A DNA stretch of 64,000 bases from Myxococcota bacterium (GTDB lineage: Bacteria; Myxococcota_A; SURF-8; G963663525). Both the position numbers and the translations under genes were made by a program. The notes under the pieces are model-generated. The model was not told the DNA's origin and ran no database searches. It saw nothing but the letters and a program-made list of their open reading frames with translations. The stretch covers positions 32,001 to 96,000 of the forward strand of contig CAXXVK010000067.1 in assembly GCA_963676915.2 (NCBI GenBank), in the 5' to 3' direction. Shown piece by piece: positions 7,979 to 18,370 of the stretch (the first letter of the stretch is position 1; every line of letters starts with the position of its first letter).

Positions 7979-10615
7979 TTAAAGCAAGGTTACCTTGCCA
8001 GAGGAATTTAAAAATCGTTGAAAACGCCCGGTTCGGGCGGCATTTCCCTGGTGCTGTCGCCACTCCATCGAGGTGTTGGGGCCAGTGGAGTCTACCGTCA
8101 GGCTGTAGACTCTCATATCGGAACTTACAGCGATCAGATCTCCCCATGGAGTCAGCAATACTGGGGCCAGTACACGTCCCGGCGTCGTATGATCGCCTTC
8201 CGTCTTGTAGCGCCAGCGGTCCCGAGCTGTGGAAATATCTTCGGGGTGAGCATCGATGGCTTGGATCACTCCGCGAGGGGTCAATCCTGTTCCGACGTAC
8301 AAGCGATTTTCTGCGGATAGGGCAGGGGTTCCGATGACTTCGCCCTGAGTACGAATACGGAACAGTTCCTGGGGGATCTGGTCCGGGAACTGTGTGTTTG
8401 GGGCTTGCATGGCCATCAGATACGGAGCGGTTCCCGCAGTGGAAACCTCGGTGCCGGAAAAGTAAATTTTTCGGGGGGCGTCACCTTCTTCGGCAACCGG
8501 AATCGGTTGGGCCGTGTTCATGATATGGCTATTCATCGGAAATGGCGTGAAGCGTTCGAAATTTGTCTGATAGAGGTGAAGTTTGCTGATCGTGGAGAAG
8601 TAGACGATTCCTTCCTCGGAATCGATACCGAAGCCGCCACGGAAACGACTGTCCGAGGTCGAAGAGAAAGAATTTTGCCCCGCAACACCCCCCGTTTCAG
8701 GAATCAAACGGTAAAGTGTCGTATTGCTCGAAACCCACAAGCGGTTACGGGAAGCATCATAGGCCATCGAAATGCTGGTTACAATGCTGGTCGAACTGAA
8801 TTTCTTTTCCATCGTCCAACCGTTGAGTTCCGGTTGGTTGGCATCATAAGAATAGGTTCCAAGATAAATATCGAAACCGTTGGAACGGATGGTGGCATAG
8901 ACCATCTTGAGAGTGAATCCGTTCCCCAAATTTTCGCGAGAAACCAAAACGGGCGAACCGACAAGCTGCGCTCCCGCTTCGACGATCTCCGAGGCAATGC
9001 ACGTTCCCCCTGTTTGATCCAGGCGAATCCAGGCTTTGCCGTCCTCGTCTCCCCAAACGATCGCCGTCGGCTGGCTTTCGTTGCCTTCGCTAACCATCGG
9101 TCCCGCCGTGATGCCGCCTTCTCCTTCGCAGGACCACAACGGCGTTCCTTCGGTGTCCAAAGCGGTTAGAGTGTCGTACAGCGGTGCGTACAGGTGACCG
9201 TTACTCGAAGCGGCGGGAGCCTGGTAGTTTTCGAACGATGGGAGCGGAGAAATCCCGGAATCGTAGCGCCACTTCAATCGATCCACGGCGACCACGCGGC
9301 AGAACGGATCTCCGGCGTTGCCGAGAAGATCTTTCGGGCCATGTTCGTCGTCTTCGCCGATGACCTGAATTTCAAGGTACAGAGGATAGTATTTTTCTCC
9401 GACCAGAATGTCGTCGAAGTGCTCGATTTCCAAAGGCAATTCATCGGTTGTATTGGTTCCGGCAAGAATCGTCGTGCTTCCTGCGCGATACGTCGAAAGG
9501 TCGAAAACGTCTACACCGGAGGGGTCTACGATGTCGATGGAAAACGCCTGATCGACACTCAAACTGGGCAGGCAATACCCACCGGAAATCCCGTTTCCGC
9601 AGTAATCATCCAAGGTTGCACATCGTTGTCCTTCGGGACAGTTTGAGTCTTCCACGCAGGCCGATCCTCCTTGAGACGAGGAGTCGAAACCCGAAATCCG
9701 CACTTCGGGAGCCGACGAATCGACCGTGAACTGAAGTTGATCCGGTTCGCTGTCTTTTCTTCCAAGCGCATCCACGCCCGTTAGCGTCAACGAGTGAGCG
9801 CCGGGAGAGAGTTCATCGACTCCGAACAGATCCAGCACCGGTTGTAAGTCGTCCGAATCCACATCCACCGGGTCAAGGTTCTGAAAATCCAATACCACTT
9901 CGATATGGTCCAGCCGGGAACCTTCTTCCACGGCAAGTTTTACCTCTATTCGTTCACCGAAATGATATTCCTTCGCGGGATCTTGTGGATTGGGTTCGGC
10001 AATCGTCAACGACGGAGCGCTGTGGTCGATCACAAACTCTCGTTCAGCCTCAATAATTTCGAGAGAAGAATTCCTGGCCAGGGCTTTCACGACAACATTG
10101 CCCTCGGCTTCGCCGCTCGTGTCCCATAGAAATTCCCAAGGTTCTTGTTGTAATACGGTCAGTTCGCGATCCCCGATGCGAAAGGAAACGTCGGCTACAT
10201 CCATGTTCTGGATTTCGACCTTTAACAAAACGCTCTGATCGACCATTTCGTCTTCATCAGGTTGGAGAAATTCGACGGTAGCCACCGGAAGGTCTTCTTC
10301 TTCCTCTTCGATGACATCGATTTCGTCCTCGTCCGGTTCGAACTCCTCTTCATCCATTTCCTGGATTTCTTCTTCATCCGCTTCAGGCGGTTCCGGGTCG
10401 TTTTCGACAGGTTCGTCCACGTCCGGGTCTCCTGCCGAAACCTGGCAGATGTTTTTCTCCAGATCGCAGGTCATGCCATCGGGACAATTCTCGTCCGAAA
10501 AACAGGCAATGACGTTTTCCTCGTCGTTGTCTCCAACGGTATTTCCCGAGTTCGATGTCCCGCTACACGCGACCAGAAACAGCAACAATCCCAACAAACC
10601 GATCCGAATGCTCAT
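7979..10615 (-). CDS. Lipoprotein with Cys-rich modules, acidic linker, Ig-like domains and a PQQ-like beta-propeller
   Basis: RBS GGAGAGG; lipobox LVAC; CFSDENCPDGMTC module; WDTS Ig-type motif; LKWRY/RWRYKT blades; WRQHQGNAARTG end motif. Confidence 0.8.
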   Translation of the reverse strand: MSIRIGLLGLLLFLVACSGTSNSGNTVGDNDEENVIACFSDENCPDGMTCDLEKNICQVSAGDPDVDEPVENDPEPPEADEEEIQEMDEEEFEPDEDEIDVIEEEEEDLPVATVEFLQPDEDEMVDQSVLLKVEIQNMDVADVSFRIGDRELTVLQQEPWEFLWDTSGEAEGNVVVKALARNSSLEIIEAEREFVIDHSAPSLTIAEPNPQDPAKEYHFGERIEVKLAVEEGSRLDHIEVVLDFQNLDPVDVDSDDLQPVLDLFGVDELSPGAHSLTLTGVDALGRKDSEPDQLQFTVDSSAPEVRISGFDSSSQGGSACVEDSNCPEGQRCATLDDYCGNGISGGYCLPSLSVDQAFSIDIVDPSGVDVFDLSTYRAGSTTILAGTNTTDELPLEIEHFDDILVGEKYYPLYLEIQVIGEDDEHGPKDLLGNAGDPFCRVVAVDRLKWRYDSGISPLPSFENYQAPAASSNGHLYAPLYDTLTALDTEGTPLWSCEGEGGITAGPMVSEGNESQPTAIVWGDEDGKAWIRLDQTGGTCIASEIVEAGAQLVGSPVLVSRENLGNGFTLKMVYATIRSNGFDIYLGTYSYDANQPELNGWTMEKKFSSTSIVTSISMAYDASRNRLWVSSNTTLYRLIPETGGVAGQNSFSSTSDSRFRGGFGIDSEEGIVYFSTISKLHLYQTNFERFTPFPMNSHIMNTAQPIPVAEEGDAPRKIYFSGTEVSTAGTAPYLMAMQAPNTQFPDQIPQELFRIRTQGEVIGTPALSAENRLYVGTGLTPRGVIQAIDAHPEDISTARDRWRYKTEGDHTTPGRVLAPVLLTPWGDLIAVSSDMRVYSLTVDSTGPNTSMEWRQHQGNAARTGRFQRFLNSSGKVTLL

Positions 10616-10723
10616 GTCAACCTCTCCGCTTCCTTTGGAAACCGGATACGAGTTCGTACACTTTCCAGAATCCATAGAATATCAAAGAGAGTCCCGGACA
10701 GCAAGATGGAAACCATTAGCGGA

Positions 10724-10923
10724 GGCGCATCACAAAATAGTGCGACTTTCGTAAAATCCTCTTTTTTCGTAGCGGCGAGGCGTAAGCCCGCCGTTTTTGC
10801 CTTTTGAAAGTTGTTTTTATGCCCCCAATCTCCCTTTTCGGCGGGCTTACGCCTCGCCGCTACAACCAAATGAATGAATGCTTCAATATTATTGGGCCAA
10901 TTCGCACCATTTTGTGATGCACC
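10724..10923. mobile_element. 200-bp MITE (non-autonomous TIR element) with an 11-bp target-site duplication
   Basis: TIRs GGCGCATCACAAAATAGTGCGA (10724-10745) and TCGCACCATTTTGTGATGCACC (10902-10923) match 20/22; flanked by CCATTAGCGGA at 10713-10723 and 10924-10934. Confidence 0.85.
10769..10863. repeat. GTAG-family REP doublet (inverted pair) inside the MITE
   Basis: GTAGCGGCGAGGCGTAAGCCCGCCG (10769-10793) and its perfect reverse complement (10839-10863); each is GTAG plus an imperfect hairpin. Confidence 0.85.
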
Positions 10924-11143
10924 CCATTAGCGGATAAACGTTGTCAGTAGGATTTCGGGGAACTCGTTTCATGCTATACTTATCCGACACAGGAAAATCT
11001 GAAAAATGATGATTCGGTACGAATTTTTTTTCGTGGTGTGACACTTTGCCGAACTTTTGGTGTTGTTTCGACAGCAGGTGCGAAACCTTCGAACGAAGAA
11101 CGCACCAGATATTTTACCGAATGTCGAGATGCAAAGGAATTTG

Positions 11144-12691
11144 ATGATGAAAACGATCACGAAAACAGCATTTTGGATGGTTGTCCTGCCAATCCTGTTT
11201 CTCTCCCATCCAGTTAAGGCCGAATCCCTCCCTACGACGTCCGCTACTCATCCGCAGCCGCCTTCGATGACCGAAAGCGATTCCGAGGCGGTTGCGGATA
11301 CCTCTTCCCGCGAAGAAGCCGCTCAGGTCATTCAAGCGGCGGAGATCGTAAACGAAGCGGCTGTGGAAACCGTCGAAAACGAGGTTGAGCTTGAGGAAAT
11401 CAGCTCCGATCAACCAAAGGAAGGAGAAATCGTCGCCGACGAAACATCCTCGGAAGAGGCAGAGAAAACCGAAAAGAAATACACCGATGTTGCTTTCGAT
11501 ATCGGCCTGTTCCCGAGCGCCAATATCAATGAAGCTTTCGACGGTCCTATCCGAAACAACGTGTCTTTGGGGATTTTCGGAACCAAGCAGGATAAACTCA
11601 AAGGTTTCGGTGCCAGTTTGTTTTTGAACCGTCAGGATGACGAAATGGTTGGTATGACGGTAAGTTACGGCCTTAACCTCAGTTTGCGCCGAACCAAAGG
11701 TTTTCAAGCTGCCATGCTGATGAACTACAGCGGCGACGATATGGACGGTTTCCAGGCGGCAGCGATATACAACCATGTCGGTGGACGAAGCCGAGGCGTG
11801 CAGGCATCTGCGATCGCCAACGTGACCGTCGGGGATTTCTCGGGTGCTCAACTGGCCACGATCAGTTCTGTAACTGCTGGAAATTTCAAAGGATTGCAAC
11901 TCAGTATCGCCTCGGTTACCGTGGGTGAAACCAAAGGTGTACAAGCCGGATTGGGAACCTACTCTAAAAACGTGGAAGGCGGCCAGTTGGGTTTGTTGAA
12001 CATCCAGAACGGCGAATCCCTGAAAGGTTTTCAGTGGGGTCTGGTGGATTTGAGCATTTCCGAAACCTCCTACGGTCCTCAATTCGGACTGTTCAACCTC
12101 ACGACAGGTTCCCACAAAGGCGTCCAGGCCGGATTACTCAACGTAGCGACCCGCAAGGTCAAGGGCGCTCAGATCGGTCTGTTCAACTATGCCGAGGAAG
12201 CCGACGCCCCCATCGGCCTGATCAGCATCGTGAAAAACGGAATGCTCCACGGTAATTTCTGGACCAGCGATACGGCTTTGATCAACGCCGGACTGAAATT
12301 CGGTGGCAAGTATGTGTACAACATCGTCAGTGCCGGAATTCAGCCGACCGCCGATTCTTTCACGATGTCGTTAGGTTGGGGCATTGGCGGCCACGCGCCG
12401 ATCCACGAAAAATGGTTCATCGACTCGGACCTTATGTTCCACCGACAAAGCCGCATGAGCGATTTCAACGACTTCGCGATGGTCAACAAGCTGCGGGTAA
12501 TGGCTGGATGGCAGCTTAGCGACGATGTAGCCCTGCTTTTCGGACCGACTCTCAACGTGATCGTTACCGAAGCGAAGAACATCGATGCCGGAGACGTAAG
12601 CTATATTTCCGATCTGAAAACGGAACGTTTCGACAACAACCGCCGGGCTATCAGCATCATGCCGGGATTCATGGCCGGTATTCAAATCTAA
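11144..12691 (+). CDS. Exported protein with GxQxGxxN beta-helix repeats and a C-terminal beta-barrel-like domain (LA_2272-like)
   Basis: Signal peptide ending VKA; acidic linker; many GxQ repeats; amphipathic beta strands ending GIQI. Confidence 0.75.
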   Translation: MMKTITKTAFWMVVLPILFLSHPVKAESLPTTSATHPQPPSMTESDSEAVADTSSREEAAQVIQAAEIVNEAAVETVENEVELEEISSDQPKEGEIVADETSSEEAEKTEKKYTDVAFDIGLFPSANINEAFDGPIRNNVSLGIFGTKQDKLKGFGASLFLNRQDDEMVGMTVSYGLNLSLRRTKGFQAAMLMNYSGDDMDGFQAAAIYNHVGGRSRGVQASAIANVTVGDFSGAQLATISSVTAGNFKGLQLSIASVTVGETKGVQAGLGTYSKNVEGGQLGLLNIQNGESLKGFQWGLVDLSISETSYGPQFGLFNLTTGSHKGVQAGLLNVATRKVKGAQIGLFNYAEEADAPIGLISIVKNGMLHGNFWTSDTALINAGLKFGGKYVYNIVSAGIQPTADSFTMSLGWGIGGHAPIHEKWFIDSDLMFHRQSRMSDFNDFAMVNKLRVMAGWQLSDDVALLFGPTLNVIVTEAKNIDAGDVSYISDLKTERFDNNRRAISIMPGFMAGIQI

Positions 12692-12714
12692 ACCAACTCG
12701 GAACAGAAAACGAA

Positions 12715-12753
12715 AACACGGGTCAAGCTTCGCGCTTGGCCCGTGTTGTTTTT
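12715..12753. terminator. Probable bidirectional terminator between convergent genes
   Basis: Stem AACACGGGTCAAGC/GCTTGGCCCGTGTT with A-rich 5' and T-rich 3' flanks. Confidence 0.75.
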
Positions 12754-12783
12754 GCTTGGTGGTTTGTTACGAAATAGAGCGAT

Positions 12784-13290
12784 TTAGAACGGGATGTCGT
12801 CCTCGGGGTTTTCGTCGTATTCCGGTCCGGGGAGGTCGTTGGGTTGGTTTTGGTTGGACTGCTGGGGCCGACGTTCGTATCCACCGCCTCCGCCGCCTTG
12901 ATTGTAGCCGCCACCGCCACCACCATCCTGGTTGTAACGTTGTCCCGAGGATTGTCGATCTCCGCCGCTGAGGAAAACGATTTCACGGGCGACGATTTCG
13001 GTTACGTAGCGGTCCATTCCGTCGCGATCCTGATACTTGCGGGTCTGGATTCGTCCCTCGACATACACCTGTCGTCCCTTGGAGAGATACTGGCCGCACA
13101 ATTCGGCAAGTTTTCCCCAGACGACGATTTTATGCCACTCGGTTTTTTCCTGGCGTTCCGGTCCTTGGCCCCAGGCTTCGGTGGTGGCAATGGTGAAATT
13201 GGCCACGGCACGTCCTCCCTGTGTGAAACGCACTTCAGGATCACGACCTAGATTTCCCAATAAAGTCACTTTGTTTACGCTATAAGCCAT
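12784..13290 (-). CDS. ssb: Single-stranded DNA-binding protein
   Basis: [21 protein letters not shown], Gly-rich linker, C-terminal DDIPF. Confidence 0.98.
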   Translation of the reverse strand: MAYSVNKVTLLGNLGRDPEVRFTQGGRAVANFTIATTEAWGQGPERQEKTEWHKIVVWGKLAELCGQYLSKGRQVYVEGRIQTRKYQDRDGMDRYVTEIVAREIVFLSGGDRQSSGQRYNQDGGGGGGYNQGGGGGGYERRPQQSNQNQPNDLPGPEYDENPEDDIPF

Positions 13291-13406
13291 CGAAAAATAC
13301 TCCCTTTTCGTGTGAAATCATGAAATGAGTCTACGAACTGTCGAACGAGGTGTCAAGACTTGAGCAAAAACGATTTTTCACGAAAACCAGTGTGGATCAG
13401 CAAAGG

Positions 13407-15032
13407 TCATCCACGGATTTTTTTAAGGCTTTCCTTGGCGTGCTCGACGACCCGATCCTGTCCCAGCATGGAATACACATGGATTCTCAGCATCTGTACG
13501 CGGGGATCGAAGGGGTTGATCGCCTCGGCCTCTTCCAGCGCCAACGCGGCCTGGTCCCATTGCTCCAACTCCGAGTAAGCGCGCGCCAGCCGAATGACGG
13601 TGCCTACGTAACTCGGATACAGTTCATGCACGTCCCGAAGGTTGTCGAGTGCGGCTTGCGGGTTTTCGAGCGTCAACGCGATTTCGGCAATCATGTTCTG
13701 CAAGGTGAGGTTGGATTTGGAGCCGATGAGTCGTTGGGCCTTCTCGAATTCGGTCAATGCGGCACGGGGGCGGTTGCGGTCTTTCAGCAATTTTCCCAAC
13801 GTTACGAAATTACGTGCTTTTTCCTGCTCGATGGATTCCGGGTCATCGCCGATATCCTTGGCCGCCGGGTCGCTTACATCAATGAAGGCGTAATCTCTCG
13901 CTTTTCCGGCATGGGCGGGTAGTGTTTTTAAGCCCCATTTCGAAACTTCCAGTTTCCAGCGATCGAAAAGCTGTGAGAAACCGAAGCCGTAGACTTTGCG
14001 AAACGTGGTTTCCAGGTCGCCATCGGTGTCGCGCAGGGTGGTTAACAGACTATGGATGCTCTGTTTGCCGTTGCGGATTTTCAGCCAGTGGATGACGGTC
14101 TGTACCTCGGCGAAGGCGAGGGCGGTATGGTCCTGACTGGGAAGATAGGCCATGGATGGATGCATTTCATCGAAGGTAACGAAACTGTTTTCACGCAATG
14201 CGACGGCTAACAAATCTTCGGAACTCGGTTCCAGCGGTTTGCCCTCTTCGCTTCGCCAACGGATTTCGTGATACTTGGCCAATCCTTCGTGCAGCCAGAT
14301 CGGAACGGTAGCGCGGCTGGCCCGGTTGATCACGAGATGCACGTATTCGTGGGAAGCGGTGTCCCGCCAGCGATAGCCCATCAGGGAGGCTCGCGGCGTG
14401 GTGATCATCAGCCGGTTGAACTTGCAAATTGCGATAACACCGCTGGTTTTCAGGTCTTTCACCGTCAACCCGGTGGCCTGGGCCAGGTGTTTCAGAGAAG
14501 GGTAGACTTCGAGGGCGATCCGGTCGGGCGGAGCATAGCCCATGTCTTCTCTGAGGGCTTCGTATTCTCGCTCCAGCGTTTCCAGGGCTTCATCGGCTAG
14601 TATTTCGTCTTCGGGATCGAGGGAACGAAATTCGAAATGTTCGCTCTTTTTCGAGAAATAATCGGTCATAAACGACGCAACCGCTTCAAGCTGGATCTCG
14701 AAACCGTGCTCGGGAACCTCGTATTTTCCCCGAATCGCTTCCAGATGCGTCATCGCCTCGGGATAATCGGCACGATTGAAGTAATATTCGGCCAGAAAGC
14801 GGCGTGTTGGGATGGTGTCGTACCCTTCATCAAGGATCGTGCTGGCGATTTCCGCCGCGTCTTCCATCTGCCAATCGCGAATGGCTTCGAATCCCTGTCT
14901 AGCGAGTTCTTCGGGGGAATCTTCGGCCAAAGCCTGACCCAACGGGAAGATCGAAAGGAGAAGAACAAAAACCACCAGTGATTTCAATCTATTGTGTTTC
15001 CCCAAGGGGATCTTTGCTTGCTTTGTCATCAT
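13407..15032 (-). CDS. Exported TPR-containing gluzincin metallopeptidase (peptidase MA-like)
   Basis: Signal peptide ending ALA; HEYVH plus downstream WLHEGLA; flanking TPR-like helices; start moved to the RBS-supported ATG. Confidence 0.82.
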   Translation of the reverse strand: MMTKQAKIPLGKHNRLKSLVVFVLLLSIFPLGQALAEDSPEELARQGFEAIRDWQMEDAAEIASTILDEGYDTIPTRRFLAEYYFNRADYPEAMTHLEAIRGKYEVPEHGFEIQLEAVASFMTDYFSKKSEHFEFRSLDPEDEILADEALETLEREYEALREDMGYAPPDRIALEVYPSLKHLAQATGLTVKDLKTSGVIAICKFNRLMITTPRASLMGYRWRDTASHEYVHLVINRASRATVPIWLHEGLAKYHEIRWRSEEGKPLEPSSEDLLAVALRENSFVTFDEMHPSMAYLPSQDHTALAFAEVQTVIHWLKIRNGKQSIHSLLTTLRDTDGDLETTFRKVYGFGFSQLFDRWKLEVSKWGLKTLPAHAGKARDYAFIDVSDPAAKDIGDDPESIEQEKARNFVTLGKLLKDRNRPRAALTEFEKAQRLIGSKSNLTLQNMIAEIALTLENPQAALDNLRDVHELYPSYVGTVIRLARAYSELEQWDQAALALEEAEAINPFDPRVQMLRIHVYSMLGQDRVVEHAKESLKKIRG

Positions 15033-15159
15033 GACCTGATCCTGAATGTCGATTTTCCAGAAAACAATCTTTACCATATAATAACACTTTAAAATAAAAC
15101 CACAAGATACCGAAATTTTAGACAGCATGGACAGTGCGGCATCGCTTTGCAGTCCTGTA

Positions 15160-15224
15160 GTAGGTCGGGCAAATTTTTAGCCCGACACCTTGGCATTGTC
15201 GGGCAAGAAATTTGCCCGACCTAC
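15160..15224. repeat. Second GTAG-family REP doublet
   Basis: GTAGGTCGGGCAAATTTTTAGCCCGACA and inverted TGTCGGGCAAGAAATTTGCCCGACCTAC; each has a GTAG foot plus a GTCGGGC/GCCCGAC stem. Confidence 0.82.
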
Positions 15225-15349
15225 GCGAGATGTTTTTGATACCGGAAGCAACCTTGACAGGTTGTTGAGTAGTAAAAATCGCGAAACAAATGAAAGATCG
15301 AGAGTTTTCATGTCGTAGGTGATTCTTCATGAATTATCCGGGTTTAGGC

Positions 15350-18300
15350 TTATTGTTGCATCATCTCACGGTACCATGAGCGAATCTGTCCCTCGTACTG
15401 TTCCGGGGCTTTTTCACCCTGAGCTTTTTGGATTTCCAGCAAATCTTCGTTCGTATGTTTACCTTCGGGAATCGCCACTTTTTCGGGACTGAGCCGTCGC
15501 CCGGAATGGGTTCGGCCTTTTCCCGGTTTGTTTCCCGAGCGCATTTGTTGCATGGTCTGTTGGAGGCTTTCCTTCAGTTTTCCCAGTTGGTGTAGGGCTT
15601 CCTGTTGCCGTCCTCCGGCTGGAGAGGGCTGGAAGCGCTTCAGTTCTTCTCCGGCCTGATGCATGGCTTGATGGGCCTGACGCATCTGGTTTTCCGATTC
15701 GGGGTCCATCATCGGCAGTTTTTCCATCAACTCTTCCAGACTCCGGCGGGTTCCCATGGCTTCCTGGGAAAGTCGTTGCTGTTCGCCCCCGATCTGCTCC
15801 ATAGCCTCGCGGCCCTTCTGTCCCATCAACTTTTCGGGCGTGGGCATCATCTCTTCGAGCTTTTGAACGATGTCTTCAACGTTCCCGGACGCTTGTTTCA
15901 CCTTCGCGGCCCGTTGTTCCTGTTTCGCGTTTTTCGGCTGTCCCGGATCGGTGAACACGTCCAGCTCGGCGATGCGCCGTCCGGCCTCCCGTGCGGAATC
16001 GAGCGAAGTTCCGAAGTCATGGTTTTCTAAAAGCTGGGCCAGTTCGTCCAGTTTGTTCAAGGCGCTGGCCTTGCGTTCCTGCAACAGGCGGAAACGTCCC
16101 ACGTCGAGGTCTTCGAGCAGCTTTTGCGATGCCCGCGCCTTTTTGGCGAGATCGTCGGAGAGCTTTTCGTACTCTTTTTGCATCAACTGTTCCAGCTTTT
16201 GGCGATACGCTTCTTCCTGGCGGTCGGTGTCGCCTTTGATTTCCTGCTGTTTGTTCTCCAACTGGGCGACTTGACGAGTGAATTCCTCCAACTCCTTCAC
16301 CTGCTCACCGAAAAGATCCTCCTGCAATTCATCCGAGGTTTCCTGCATGTCGCTGAGCATCTCTTCCAGTTTCTGTTGCATCTGCTCCAGTTCCGCCAAG
16401 GCGTCGTCCAGGTTTCCTTGACGAATCATGTCTTCCACCTGCCCGAGATCGTTGAGTTGTTCCTCCTGCCGGGCTTTCATGTTGGTGAATTCCTCTGGCT
16501 TCATCTTGTTCATCTGGGCCAGTTGGTTCATCAAATCGGAAATTTTCTGCTTCATCTGAGCGATGCGTTCGAGCAGTTGTTTTTCGAGCGCTTTGTCTCC
16601 CGTGGCGGCGTACTCTTTCAGGAGTCGGTGCAACTCTTCCCGCATCTCGGACAGTCGTTCCGTTTCGGCCACCAGAGCGTCGTAGCGTTGTTTGTCGATC
16701 AGATCCTTAAGCGCGATGATGTGCGTTTCCAGGGTTTCTACCAGGTCTTTTTGATTGTAGACGGCCATATGCTGCTCGCCGTCGAAAGTCGTCATCCGCC
16801 TTTTGTACAACTCCAGATTTTGCAGGCGGCGGCGGAACTTTTTCAACAGTTCGTCAAAGCGCTCGGCGGCATTTTCCAGCAATGCCACCACACCCTTGGT
16901 GCTCAGCGGATCTTCGGTCATCTGTGCGGAAATTTCTCGTAGCGGCTCGACCAGACGCCGGTTGACCTCGGTTCCCGTCTCCGTATAGAACGTCGAGAGA
17001 CTTTCGTAGGTCGGTTTCACCCATTCATCCGCCGGTTTTTCCAGGTTGTCTCCCAGGATATCGATCATCGATTCCCAGATTTCCTCCTGGCGGGCGATCA
17101 GTTTTTCGTGATGTTCGTAGATGGAAAAGATTTTGAGGTAATGGGTCGCCGAAACGCCACGTTTGGGACCGGAAACCGAGTCATTGTCCATCGCTTCGAT
17201 GTAATAACTCACCTGATCCCCCGGTTGCCAGACCGTCCCGGCGAGATCCCACAAGGTGCTCCCCTGATAACTGCGGCGATTGTTTTTAAAACTTTCGACC
17301 GGCACCTGTACGTCTTTGCGACCTTTTCCCGTATCGTAACTATAAACAAGCTGGACACCGGTCAGGCCGAAATCGTCCTCGACGCGAAACGTTACGTCGA
17401 TTTTGTCCGTATCCCGGACTTCCAACTCGGTTTCGGGAAAATCGATTGCGACTTGAGGTACCCGGTCGGCTATCAGCTTGATCGATTGACGGCGGGCGTC
17501 GGGTTCTCCGTCGAATACGAAACGGTAGCGGTCGGCCTCGTTGAGAATGAAGCTTCCTTCGAATTGCCGGTTGCCTTTGGGATTCAACGGAACCGCCTCG
17601 CCGTTTTCGCGTTCCAGCAAGGCTTCGTCGGCATCGATGGACGACGTAACCGCCAGCGTCACCCGCGTTCCCTTGTACGCCTCGATCGTGCCGGAAGAGT
17701 TTGAAAGTACCCGAGGTTCCAGGTTTGTATAAGCAGGGTAGGTGTAGGTCAGCCGAATATCTCCGGCCAGGAAACTGGCCATCGAATCCAAAAGATTAGA
17801 GTCACCGGAAGTCGAAGCAAGGCTCGCCCAGGCTCGTTGCCATCCTGCCGGCCAGGCAAGCCATACCGTTGCGGCGACAGCGACGGAAAGTGCCGTCATT
17901 GCAAAGGGTTTCAGAATGTTGCGCCACCCGGCGAATCCTTTGGTGCCAACGTGCTCCAACTCGGTGCCGAGATCATCCACGGTTCGGCGTGCCAGGGCGG
18001 CGGAATAGTCTTTTTCCCGCTCGTCTTGCAATTCGAGGGCGAGTTCCGTGGCGCTTAACAGTCGGTCGTGAAACGATGGCTTGTGTTGCTCGATCCAACC
18101 CGCGACGCGAATGGGGCGGCGGTACTCTCGGATCGGGTAGAACAGGTACCGAAGGAACAGATAACTTCCCCAAAGGAAGGGAGGCAAAAGGACGAGAGGT
18201 TTCAGCCAGGGATTTCCCACGCCGAAATGCACCAGCAGCACCGCCCAAAGTCCCGTGACCGATGCAGCGAGGATCGTCCCGAGAACGAAATGCAGGGCCA

Positions 18301-18370
18301 GCAGGTTCAGCAAACGCAGACGCACGCCTTCCAGCAGTTCGAAGATTCGTTCGTCATGGGAGTTTTTCAT
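15350..18370 (-). CDS. DUF4175-like membrane-anchored Ig/coiled-coil protein
   Basis: N-terminal TMs, DRLLSATEL, YPAYT, EDDFGL, EAMDND, long Gln/Met-rich coiled coil, P..Y...IRSWY end. Confidence 0.8.
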   Translation of the reverse strand: MKNSHDERIFELLEGVRLRLLNLLALHFVLGTILAASVTGLWAVLLVHFGVGNPWLKPLVLLPPFLWGSYLFLRYLFYPIREYRRPIRVAGWIEQHKPSFHDRLLSATELALELQDEREKDYSAALARRTVDDLGTELEHVGTKGFAGWRNILKPFAMTALSVAVAATVWLAWPAGWQRAWASLASTSGDSNLLDSMASFLAGDIRLTYTYPAYTNLEPRVLSNSSGTIEAYKGTRVTLAVTSSIDADEALLERENGEAVPLNPKGNRQFEGSFILNEADRYRFVFDGEPDARRQSIKLIADRVPQVAIDFPETELEVRDTDKIDVTFRVEDDFGLTGVQLVYSYDTGKGRKDVQVPVESFKNNRRSYQGSTLWDLAGTVWQPGDQVSYYIEAMDNDSVSGPKRGVSATHYLKIFSIYEHHEKLIARQEEIWESMIDILGDNLEKPADEWVKPTYESLSTFYTETGTEVNRRLVEPLREISAQMTEDPLSTKGVVALLENAAERFDELLKKFRRRLQNLELYKRRMTTFDGEQHMAVYNQKDLVETLETHIIALKDLIDKQRYDALVAETERLSEMREELHRLLKEYAATGDKALEKQLLERIAQMKQKISDLMNQLAQMNKMKPEEFTNMKARQEEQLNDLGQVEDMIRQGNLDDALAELEQMQQKLEEMLSDMQETSDELQEDLFGEQVKELEEFTRQVAQLENKQQEIKGDTDRQEEAYRQKLEQLMQKEYEKLSDDLAKKARASQKLLEDLDVGRFRLLQERKASALNKLDELAQLLENHDFGTSLDSAREAGRRIAELDVFTDPGQPKNAKQEQRAAKVKQASGNVEDIVQKLEEMMPTPEKLMGQKGREAMEQIGGEQQRLSQEAMGTRRSLEELMEKLPMMDPESENQMRQAHQAMHQAGEELKRFQPSPAGGRQQEALHQLGKLKESLQQTMQQMRSGNKPGKGRTHSGRRLSPEKVAIPEGKHTNEDLLEIQKAQGEKAPEQYEGQIRSWYREMMQQ

